The notes under the pieces were generated by a model. The model was not told the DNA's origin and did no database searches. It saw nothing but the letters and a program-made list of their open reading frames with translations. Positions 36,296-44,799 of a DNA stretch of 64,000 nt are shown here, in pieces. The DNA is taken from the IMG/VR virus record IMGVR_UViG_3300012012_001194, positions 37,504-101,503 of that record. One strand, given 5' to 3'. A program made the translations under genes and the position numbers. The first letter of the stretch is position 1. Each line of letters begins with the position of its first letter. The stretch is from a virus.

Positions 36296-38131
36296 TTAAG
36301 ACCCTTTCAACCCTTGGTTATAACTTTGTTGAAAGATGCTACCAGCCTGAGGCTGCTGCTCTTGCTGCTGACCACCACCGAACATCCTACTAAGACCGTA
36401 ACCCGCTGCGCCTACACCTGCTGCCCCGATGAGGTACTTGGCCCATGGATTGTTCTGCATAAAGTTTAGAACGGGCATAGTAACCCCTGCAGCCATTCGT
36501 CTACCTTCACTATTAGCTGCCTGCGCCTTGGCGGTGTTGTAACTATCAGTAAGCCCACTACCTAGGCGTTTAGCCCAATCAGCCGTTTGACCAGCTCGGC
36601 GCCACCCGAAGGGATCTCTAGCTACGGATACTGCAAGACGGCCCTTGTTCAACGCCGCAGTTGCTTGCGCCTTGGCCTTCTCAAGAAAGCCAGGATTAGG
36701 GTTTGGCGGCGGCGACCTGAACAACGTCTTGGCCGCTCCGTAAGCTCCTTGCATTTGTTTTCCAACTCCACCAAACGCATCAGATAACCCATTAACAGTG
36801 TTGTTTAGCTGGCTATAATTAGGCCTGTTCAAATCATCTTGCACTCTCTTTAAAGCGTCTTGGTTACCAAAGCCCGCTCTGAAGGCGTCACCTACTCCTG
36901 ACGCTGCCCCGCTGAACGCATTACCATTATTAGAGGGCGCAGACGGTGCTGCAGCCTTAGGAGCTGCAATCTTAGGAGAGATAGCTGCAGGGGCGCTTGG
37001 CGCTGCTGCCTTAGGGGCTATAGCGGACCCTCCGGTTGTTGACTGTATGTTAGACTGCTTACCCATGCCCATTAGTGTGCTGCCAGCTGATATGAAGTTG
37101 TTTCCAAGCCTTTGAGCACCGGCAATAGCTTTACCCGCACTGTCAGTAGCGGACCCTATAGCTTTCTGAGCACCTAACGCTTGATTGCGTCGCCTCCAGA
37201 CCTCACCGGGATTACTAAACCCTGGAGCCTTTACCCAGCTCTCCACGCCTGATGTGGCAGCCCTGCCAAGCATCTTGCCGGTGTTGGTTAGTGACTTATT
37301 AATGTTAGAGAAGTCAAAACCGTTAGCGGGGGCCGTGCCCCTTATAGAAGGAGCTTGCTTAGCCCCACCTATCAAAGATGGATCAAGCTTAGTACCTATG
37401 CTGGAGAAGTCGAAGTGGTCGGCCTTCTTTGATAGCACCTTGTTGCCAGCGTAAAGGCTCTCTGAAGAGCCGTGAAACTGCTCTTTAGCCATTCGCTCAA
37501 GTACTCGCTGCTCTGCTTGATGGTATAGGTCTTGAAAGTTCATGCCCTTGAGCTCTGGGTACTCTTCAGCGAAGTCTGAGAGCTCCCAGTCCTTCTTAGG
37601 GCGCTGCTGCCTAGGTATTTTAGGCGGAGTACCTAAGCCAAATAAAGAGAACGCCTCCTTGACCCCGCCAGCAGGGTCAAAGCCAAACTCTTTCTCTGTA
37701 ACTCTTCGTACTGCGTTTCTAGCTGCCCCTAAAGGTGCAACCGGCTTCAGGCCTTTCTGATTAAAGCTCATCTTTCCGGGTACTGGCTTAGTAGACTTAG
37801 CCATTTGCAACCCTTCTGAGGAGTCAGGGTTAATAGCGGTTTCTTCTTCATCGCCCGAACCCCTGCCTGGGCTGGTGATTACGGAAGATAGCTTTGAAAG
37901 AAGAGACTTGGCGGCTGCCTCTTTTAAAGGAGAAGGGATGGACCATAGAGCACACAAGGCCTTAACAGCACTAAGGCCGCTAGCTTCCTTCTCTGTTTGA
38001 TCTTCTACGTGTTCTGGTAGATCTTTCTTACCGGTAGCGGTAGACCACTCATCGCAGTCCCATGAGCCTGCCTGGCCTTTGCCTTTAAGAAGGTAGCATA
38101 ACTTGCGCTGGGAATCTGATTTAAAGGGCAT
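36296..38131 (-). CDS. Modular low-complexity protein (MPFKS..QR micro-domain, C-terminal hydrophobic segment)
   Basis: 611 aa; segments separated by KEAS/KEAA/KEAF/KKA/KQA/KQS. Confidence 0.7.
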   Translation of the reverse strand: MPFKSDSQRKLCYLLKGKGQAGSWDCDEWSTATGKKDLPEHVEDQTEKEASGLSAVKALCALWSIPSPLKEAAAKSLLSKLSSVITSPGRGSGDEEETAINPDSSEGLQMAKSTKPVPGKMSFNQKGLKPVAPLGAARNAVRRVTEKEFGFDPAGGVKEAFSLFGLGTPPKIPRQQRPKKDWELSDFAEEYPELKGMNFQDLYHQAEQRVLERMAKEQFHGSSESLYAGNKVLSKKADHFDFSSIGTKLDPSLIGGAKQAPSIRGTAPANGFDFSNINKSLTNTGKMLGRAATSGVESWVKAPGFSNPGEVWRRRNQALGAQKAIGSATDSAGKAIAGAQRLGNNFISAGSTLMGMGKQSNIQSTTGGSAIAPKAAAPSAPAAISPKIAAPKAAAPSAPSNNGNAFSGAASGVGDAFRAGFGNQDALKRVQDDLNRPNYSQLNNTVNGLSDAFGGVGKQMQGAYGAAKTLFRSPPPNPNPGFLEKAKAQATAALNKGRLAVSVARDPFGWRRAGQTADWAKRLGSGLTDSYNTAKAQAANSEGRRMAAGVTMPVLNFMQNNPWAKYLIGAAGVGAAGYGLSRMFGGGQQQEQQPQAGSIFQQSYNQGLKGS

Positions 38132-38207
38132 GCCTAAGCTCCTAGTTTGAACGTATAGTATTATAGTTTAACAGGAGCCCTCAACGGAAGCTATATATTC
38201 GTGCAAG

Positions 38208-39374
38208 CTAGTCTATCAATTCCCTTACATACTTACACATATCAGCTCTGTGCAGCTCTAAGTCTGAGAACTCAGTGTAGGCCATATCCTGATACCATTT
38301 TAGGACTTCTTCGCTACTTGCGTAGTATAACTTATCTACATTTAGTAAATTTGTGTTTCCTAGCGGAGCAGCAAAGCTAGCAAGGCTACACACGCAAGGT
38401 ATGCCTAGGTTTATAAGCTCAAACACACTTGTGCTGTTATCTATGACAGCGCAGTAACACTCACCCTGTATAGTACTTAGGGGTCTTCTATTATCCATTA
38501 TGGCTATGCCGTACTCGGCGCATATGTCTTCGTTTTTTTCGCTGCTAAAAGGGTGAGGCTTAAAAGCAATAGCCCTATTCGACGTTTCTCTAATAGCATG
38601 GTATGACTCGCTTATATACTCCCTAACCGAATTATAGCTGTGTGTTGGGTCTCCTTCTAAACCTCCAACTATGAGAATGTAGCCCTCTTGGTTGTTACGC
38701 CATTTATGGTCGTATACATTAGTTATGGGGTTGTAACCTTTTTCTCTTACTATGGTAGATATAAACCTATCCAGCTTGAGGGACCGAGTGCCGGGAGTAA
38801 AGTCAGGGCTGCACCACTTCGCCTTATCATGGCACCAGTGATTAAGCCCCATTCGGCTGTATAAAGGAAGGTGGTCTAAGTAGTTCTTTGACTCCTTTGA
38901 GAAGTTAGCTCTGAGCCTACTAAGAGTCCCAGACTCTAACACTATCAGCTTTTTACCGTTAGCAGAGGCAAATCCGGCCGCTATGGAGTTAATGTAATTC
39001 TTTATAGTAAGCATTATGTTTTTATTAAATATGGAAGACGGATCATACACCCTATAAGGCGCAGTAGACCCAAATGTAGACTGAATACAATAGACGTCGG
39101 CCTGGCTCAACTTAGCCATATCTTCAAATGTTAAAAGAGTGTGCCGGTTGAGCTGCTCCTTTAAAGTCTTGGCCTCATGCAGCCCTGGGACTAGCTCTAT
39201 CTGCCTATAGGACGCCGCAGGAGTGCAGTAAGAGTTTGCGCACACATGGACAGCCTCTAAGTTGTGAGATTCTCCGTAAACTAATACGTTTCTATAGAGC
39301 TTTTTAAACCCCTGTACATCTCCTGTAAACGTAGTAATTCCGCCGATAAAAGCTATCTTTTTCTTAGCCCCCAT
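38208..39374 (-). CDS. Putative glycosyltransferase-like / capsule-synthesis-type protein
   Basis: FKPHP, NSTS.FE...GIP motifs; located in the sugar cluster. Confidence 0.5.
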   Translation of the reverse strand: MGAKKKIAFIGGITTFTGDVQGFKKLYRNVLVYGESHNLEAVHVCANSYCTPAASYRQIELVPGLHEAKTLKEQLNRHTLLTFEDMAKLSQADVYCIQSTFGSTAPYRVYDPSSIFNKNIMLTIKNYINSIAAGFASANGKKLIVLESGTLSRLRANFSKESKNYLDHLPLYSRMGLNHWCHDKAKWCSPDFTPGTRSLKLDRFISTIVREKGYNPITNVYDHKWRNNQEGYILIVGGLEGDPTHSYNSVREYISESYHAIRETSNRAIAFKPHPFSSEKNEDICAEYGIAIMDNRRPLSTIQGECYCAVIDNSTSVFELINLGIPCVCSLASFAAPLGNTNLLNVDKLYYASSEEVLKWYQDMAYTEFSDLELHRADMCKYVRELID

Positions 39375-39399
39375 GGTCGTGTATCTTTCAAGTTAAAGG

Positions 39400-41223
39400 T
39401 TAGAAGCTCATTTTAAATTTCTTGTACCAAGCAGCGAACATCACTATGGTAAATAACTCTTTCTGCGCCCCCAATCCTGGCCCGGACGAGGGCTTACCGC
39501 TAGGCTTAGGAGGCCCAGCATGTAATACGTTATTAAGGTACTTGTTGTCTATGTCAGAAGCGCTTATCTCGAAAATATCTCTTACACTCTTATCGGATAA
39601 CACAGACCGTATATAGTCCCTCATTGGTGATCTGCCGTTGGCTGGCTTTGCAGCTGTACCTATAACCCAAGCGTCTGTAGGCGCTCTCCAACCTGTTTTA
39701 CTTTTCTTTGTAATAAAGTCGGGTAGCCTGGCGGCGTAAGCGGCTCGTAGCAATCGCTTGCTGCTTAGGTCAAACTTGGCCTCATGGCCGGCAGGTGGAA
39801 CTTTGAGCCTGCCGGGTACGCCTCTAACAAAGTCCTTAAACACACTGCACATAAATGGAAATCGGGCTTCCATACCAAACGCCATACCAAGCTTATCATT
39901 GCGTACTAAGAAGTCTTCGCTTAGAGTGTGCAAGCTTTCTATATACATGAAATCATTAATAGAATCTCCGGTTAGCCCCCCTTTGGGAATCCAAGACATA
40001 AGATAGTCATGCTGATCCTCTAGGGTCATATTCTTAGAGGCGTCACGAAACGTCCTATGCCTTAGCCTTAAGCTGTTTAGCCTATCTTTAAATGTGGAAA
40101 GAGATAAGTGATGCTTATACCCTGCCAGCAACTCATCGCCGCCATCTCCACTAAGAGTAACTACAACCCCGGAGTCGCTTAACAACTTGTTGGTAGCATA
40201 ATAAGCAGGGTAACTCTTTCCCTGTCTAGGCTCACCTAGCGCTAATATGGCTTTGTCAAGGTTATCCACCCAGTCCTGCTCATTGAATAAGACTTCGGCA
40301 TGAGGAGCTCCGTACAGGTCTGACAGCCTCTTGGCGGCATCCGCATCACTGTTATAGCCCTCTTCTAACCCAGGAATATCAAATCGAGTGGAGAAGGTAT
40401 TAGGGCTGAGGCCTAAGGACTGAGACATCTCGTACAATATGGCCGAGCTATCCATACCGCCGCTTAAAAACAGCCCCATCTTTCTACGGCCCATAAGCGT
40501 CAGGCTTACAGCTTGTTTAAACTTGTCCCGTATAAGGTACGGAAAGTCAGATTCGGAATTAGTGTATATCTTCACTTGATCGTTGTTTATGTTGCTAGAG
40601 AACTCTACACCGTTAGCTAAGTCTATTTCTACGATCTGCCCCGGTACTAATCTAGTTATTCCATGAAAGCAAGTTACAGGCCCAGCGGTAAGGCCTGAGT
40701 AGAAGTAATGCTTGAACCCTTCTTTAGAGACTTTACGCTCAAACCCAATGTCCAATAGGCTAGATATCTCTGAAGAGAAGGCTAGATTGCCGTTTAGGTA
40801 TCCGTAGTAAAGTGGTTTAGCTCCGTTGCTGTCTCTAGCTAGTAGCAGCTTCTTAGTATGCACGTTGTATATGGCGACAGCAAACATGCCGTCTATCTTA
40901 TGCAGAAATTGCTTACCGTACTTCTCATAGCCGGCTAAAAGAACCTCGGTGTCTGTGTCTGTCTCGAAGTTATAACTAAGAGAGGCCCTAAGCTCTTTAT
41001 GGTTATATATTTCTCCGTTGTACACCATTACGTAATCATTGGATCTCCACGGCTGAACTGATAAAACAGGACTGTCTAATATTGATAGCAGATTGTGCCC
41101 TAAGGTTATATAATCGTCACCCCAGCTGCCGCTGCCGTCTGGGCCTCTATGCCTTGCCGCCGATACCATTTTGTTTATAGACTTGTCTTTGTCCTTCCAG
41201 CAAAAGCCGTGTATTCCACACAT
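39400..41223 (-). CDS. asnB: AsnB-family glutamine-dependent amidotransferase
   Basis: N-terminal MCGI.G, HRGPD, YNGEIYN, DTE, LSGGMDSS, SGDGGDEL..GY, E.R.PF. Confidence 0.88.
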   Translation of the reverse strand: MCGIHGFCWKDKDKSINKMVSAARHRGPDGSGSWGDDYITLGHNLLSILDSPVLSVQPWRSNDYVMVYNGEIYNHKELRASLSYNFETDTDTEVLLAGYEKYGKQFLHKIDGMFAVAIYNVHTKKLLLARDSNGAKPLYYGYLNGNLAFSSEISSLLDIGFERKVSKEGFKHYFYSGLTAGPVTCFHGITRLVPGQIVEIDLANGVEFSSNINNDQVKIYTNSESDFPYLIRDKFKQAVSLTLMGRRKMGLFLSGGMDSSAILYEMSQSLGLSPNTFSTRFDIPGLEEGYNSDADAAKRLSDLYGAPHAEVLFNEQDWVDNLDKAILALGEPRQGKSYPAYYATNKLLSDSGVVVTLSGDGGDELLAGYKHHLSLSTFKDRLNSLRLRHRTFRDASKNMTLEDQHDYLMSWIPKGGLTGDSINDFMYIESLHTLSEDFLVRNDKLGMAFGMEARFPFMCSVFKDFVRGVPGRLKVPPAGHEAKFDLSSKRLLRAAYAARLPDFITKKSKTGWRAPTDAWVIGTAAKPANGRSPMRDYIRSVLSDKSVRDIFEISASDIDNKYLNNVLHAGPPKPSGKPSSGPGLGAQKELFTIVMFAAWYKKFKMSF

Positions 41224-41246
41224 GTCTTGGATTCCTGAATAAGAAC

Positions 41247-42422
41247 CTACACTCCAGATTCAAACGCTCTGATCGTAGATTCTAAGTGAAGAATCTCAGC
41301 AGATAAGTCCTTACTATCATTGCCGACAAAGAAGCCATTGCTATCGATGTCATCGGCTGCAGTGAGCTCACCCCTAATTTCGTGCGGGCACATGGTTATC
41401 ACTGGGTTCTTTGTAAAGTTACCAGCCACAATAGGGCGGGTTTCAATACCAGCAGCCGTAAGAGCCTTGATAAGCTCCTTGCGCCTTCCAGCCAGCCTAC
41501 CTTGGAGAACAATACTAAACCCAAACCAGCTACTGTTGCCTACTTCTTCCTGAAGCCTAAGGTTAGGGTTCTTATTAAAGCACCCTTGGAACATGTACGA
41601 GTTCTTGCGCCTAGCCTCTAGCATCGCTGGTAGCTTCTGTAGCTGCACCGAGCCAATAGCTCCGCTCATCTCTAACGGACGCACAGAGTACCCAGGAAGG
41701 ACAAACTTAAAGCTATCCTCAAAGGGATCTCCTGATTTTATATGAAGACTGTTAGCGTGCGGTAAATCCCTAATCCATCCGTGGGCTCGCATACTACGCA
41801 TGTATTCTGCCAACTCATTATCGTTGGTAAGTATCATGCCGCCTTCCATGGTTTGCATGTGATGACTAAAAAAGAAACTAAACGTCCCTACAGATCCCAT
41901 GGTGCCTAGCGCTCTAGCTTCATAGGTGGCGCCTAAGCTCTCGCAGTTGTCCTCTAAGAGGATAAGATTATGCTCAGCTGCAATAGAGCGCAGCTGATTC
42001 CAGCAGCAGCTATTGCCTAATAGGTTAACTGCGAGGATAGCTTTAGTCTTAGGGGATATAGCCGCTTTAACTTTGTCGGTATCTATGTTAAGTGTGTTTT
42101 TGTCGATGTCTACAAAGATAAGCTTTAACCCGTACTGCGTAAGCGGGAAGTAAGTAGTGCTCCAACTCACCGCCGGTACGACTACTTCATCACCCGGGTT
42201 TAAGTCATACTTAGGGTGCAGCACTGTAGCACCCACCATAAGCAGGTTAGCTGTGCTACCGCTGTTAACCATCACAGCGTTAAGGGAACCGAAGCTAGTA
42301 GCAAACTCCCTTTCAAACTTGGCCACCATCGGGCCCATGGTATATCTTCCGCTCTTAATAACTGATTGAATGGCTTCAATCTCTCCGTTGTCCCAGGTGT
42401 CAGAAGCTAATGGATACTTCAC
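41247..42422 (-). CDS. DegT/DnrJ-family PLP/PMP enzyme, ColD-like NDP-4-keto-6-deoxysugar 3-dehydratase
   Basis: NSGSTAN, EDNCESLG, SFFFSHHMQTMEGG (His in place of the Schiff-base Lys), HGW.R. Confidence 0.85.
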   Translation of the reverse strand: MKYPLASDTWDNGEIEAIQSVIKSGRYTMGPMVAKFEREFATSFGSLNAVMVNSGSTANLLMVGATVLHPKYDLNPGDEVVVPAVSWSTTYFPLTQYGLKLIFVDIDKNTLNIDTDKVKAAISPKTKAILAVNLLGNSCCWNQLRSIAAEHNLILLEDNCESLGATYEARALGTMGSVGTFSFFFSHHMQTMEGGMILTNDNELAEYMRSMRAHGWIRDLPHANSLHIKSGDPFEDSFKFVLPGYSVRPLEMSGAIGSVQLQKLPAMLEARRKNSYMFQGCFNKNPNLRLQEEVGNSSWFGFSIVLQGRLAGRRKELIKALTAAGIETRPIVAGNFTKNPVITMCPHEIRGELTAADDIDSNGFFVGNDSKDLSAEILHLESTIRAFESGV

Positions 42423-43207
42423 TTGTTATCCCTCCAGTACTTTTCGTTACGTTTAATCTTAAGGTCCTTAGAACGACTATGCCCTTCTTTTTTACGGTCC
42501 CCTTTGCAATGGTCCATGTGTGCGCCTAGGATGCCATTAACAAACGGGTGACTTACCTTCATGCCCTCAGGCGAGAGATTGTACCAAAGCGAGCTAGGAA
42601 ATCCAGTGCGCACCTCGTCATAAGTATGACAATCGGTTAATCCGAGGAACTTGTGCTTCTTATCTGGAAGGGGAAGATTCCACACCTTATCCGTGGTGTA
42701 TTGGTGTCTCCATACTTCCATAAAGCGCCTAGCCTCTGGAAAACGCATATCAAAGACATGAAACCCTGTCTCCGTATACATCCACGGTCTAAGCAGCGCC
42801 CCAGCCATCTTTCCATTCAACCAACGCATAATAGTTTGATGCGTTACTTTAGTATGCGTAATGACATCGCCGTCTAACCATACTGCTATGTCAACATCAG
42901 GGAGAAGGGCAGCATCAACATAAGCGAACACCTTATGGCTAAACCTAATAGCGTCGAGTAGGAAGTTAGCCGAAGACTGAAGAGCTTGACTACGGTTACG
43001 GCGCTTGAACGCCTCAAGGTCGGGCATATCTAAAGAAGTGTACTCCACATTGGGGGCTTTAGTGCGCCAGCCCCCTGCAGGAACCTCATCGTAGTAGACT
43101 TTAAGAGATATGTCTTTAGGCCAGTGCTCTACAAAGGTGTCAATGACTTTACTAGCGTACGCATCATACGACTTAGCACCAAAGGTAGTGGCCGCTACTA
43201 TCTTCAT
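42419..43207 (-). CDS. Putative GT-A fold glycosyltransferase
   Basis: RFSHKVFA, WLDGD (DxD), ETGF, DHCKG.RK. Confidence 0.6.
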   Translation of the reverse strand: MKIVAATTFGAKSYDAYASKVIDTFVEHWPKDISLKVYYDEVPAGGWRTKAPNVEYTSLDMPDLEAFKRRNRSQALQSSANFLLDAIRFSHKVFAYVDAALLPDVDIAVWLDGDVITHTKVTHQTIMRWLNGKMAGALLRPWMYTETGFHVFDMRFPEARRFMEVWRHQYTTDKVWNLPLPDKKHKFLGLTDCHTYDEVRTGFPSSLWYNLSPEGMKVSHPFVNGILGAHMDHCKGDRKKEGHSRSKDLKIKRNEKYWRDNK

Positions 43208-43226
43208 GTGACACCTAAGTTATTAG

Positions 43227-43646
43227 TTAGCACTTCCACTTACGTAAAGCTTTATTGATTCGGCTATCTGGATCGTTAGCCGTCTCACTGGAAGTTAGCT
43301 TAGACTTCATGCCGCCCATACGAGCGCAGAAGCTATCTTTACGGGATCCACCCTCAGGCTGAGGCCTCTTAATGTCCTGCCCTTTAGCCTTTAAGCTCTT
43401 TCGGCCTTTCTCGTTTAGGCCGCCATCTGGGTTCTTGCCCTCAGCCTTCTGCCAAGCTTCTGAGGCTTTCTTTTCTGGCTTTTCTTCTTTCTTCTTTTTA
43501 CCTACAGGGCGGCAAGAGCCTTCAGTTAACGCAGCTGTGCCGGGCACTCGCTCGTAGCCAGTCCAGCACGCCGCAGACTTTAAAGTATCTGCTGCTTGCT
43601 TACCCATCATAGATCCAAACGCTACTGCCCTTTCTAATCTGTCCAT
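43227..43646 (-). CDS. Leader-A protein carrying CWxGY and AWQ..EGKN...SFCARM...W.C micro-domains
   Basis: N-terminus MDRLERAVAFGSMMGKQA; modules bracketed by KSA/KKAS; C-terminal module resembles (from memory) small basic domains of T4-like cyanophages. Confidence 0.7.
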   Translation of the reverse strand: MDRLERAVAFGSMMGKQAADTLKSAACWTGYERVPGTAALTEGSCRPVGKKKKEEKPEKKASEAWQKAEGKNPDGGLNEKGRKSLKAKGQDIKRPQPEGGSRKDSFCARMGGMKSKLTSSETANDPDSRINKALRKWKC

Positions 43647-43670
43647 ATTAAAATACCTCTACAATTAATT

Positions 43671-43686
43671 GTGGAGACGTCTCCAC
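43671..43686. repeat. Dispersed palindrome copy 7 (16 bp)
   Basis: Overlaps the TAG stop of 43686..44789. Confidence 0.95.
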
Positions 43687-44789
43687 TAACCTCTAGGAAC
43701 GTTAGGAACTTCGCCAGATAACGGTGGATTAGTTACATCTCCAGAAAATGTTGGTTTTTCTTTGTGGAGGAGGCCCTCTAGCACGCCTTTACCCTTCTCA
43801 AGCGCATGAGGCACCTTATGTAGTTGATGCTCTACTTGATGAACCCCCTTTGATCCAAGCCAGGCAGGTGCATTCTTCAAACTTGAGGGGGCGATAGATT
43901 GTGCTGATGGCAGCAAAGTCGACGCGCCTACGTGACCCGCTATGTGGGACGCGTTATGCGCAGCGGGGGCCGCCCACTCAGCGAAGGCTGGGGCTATTTT
44001 AGGAATTATCTTTCCTCCAAGGTACCCTGCGCCCGCACCTAGCGCTTCTCCTAGGGGGCCGGCGGCCGCCGTTGACGCTACGACCTGAGGTATTACTCCT
44101 GCGGTCTCATCCGCTACCCTTTGTTGTTCAGACCTATGAAACGCTACGCTATCTGGTTTAAGGTTCTGCCTGTCAGTGTAGGCTTGCTCGGTATAGTGCT
44201 TCATATTAGCCATCTCTTGATTCTTAGCACTTAGTGGAGGCCCACTAGGTTTGAAGGGGCTATTTGCGTTAGGGTTCACCTTACCTTCAAGCTGGTTTGT
44301 AGCTATTCGTTCGTTAGAAGGTCGGCTGCGCCTATCGTATATCATCTTCTCCCCTGGGTTCATCTGCTCTACCTGCTGCCAGGTCATTTTTTTGTTTGCT
44401 AAGTCAGCCTGTCGGGCCCAGTAAGTCGCCTCTTCATTAGTCTTATAGCGGGTAGAGCCGCCTTGAACAGGGGCTGGGTACTGCACATTAGCGGTACTAG
44501 GATTGCTCTTTTGAAAGTTGGCATATCCTTTAAGCAAGGAGTCTTGTGACCCTTGGTCAAACTTAGGGCGACCACCAGATAGATCCATACCCCCGCCATT
44601 ACCGCCAAGGCCGCTTGGTGGAGTAGAGTTTAGTGATGGCCCCTTGGGAGCAGCAGCGGGCTTGCCACCAGGGGTGCCCATAGATGCGGGGCCCGCAGCC
44701 CGTTTTAAAAGCCTGGCTAGCTTGCTTAAGCTGCTTGATCTCTTAAAGAACACATTATGGAGATTAGCCAACTTATTAAAACTACGCAT
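43686..44789 (-). CDS. Leader-B protein, low complexity
   Basis: N-terminus MRSFNKLANLHNVFFKRS; its TAG stop is part of a palindrome copy. Confidence 0.7.
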   Translation of the reverse strand: MRSFNKLANLHNVFFKRSSSLSKLARLLKRAAGPASMGTPGGKPAAAPKGPSLNSTPPSGLGGNGGGMDLSGGRPKFDQGSQDSLLKGYANFQKSNPSTANVQYPAPVQGGSTRYKTNEEATYWARQADLANKKMTWQQVEQMNPGEKMIYDRRSRPSNERIATNQLEGKVNPNANSPFKPSGPPLSAKNQEMANMKHYTEQAYTDRQNLKPDSVAFHRSEQQRVADETAGVIPQVVASTAAAGPLGEALGAGAGYLGGKIIPKIAPAFAEWAAPAAHNASHIAGHVGASTLLPSAQSIAPSSLKNAPAWLGSKGVHQVEHQLHKVPHALEKGKGVLEGLLHKEKPTFSGDVTNPPLSGEVPNVPRG

Positions 44790-44799
44790 GATTGATGCC

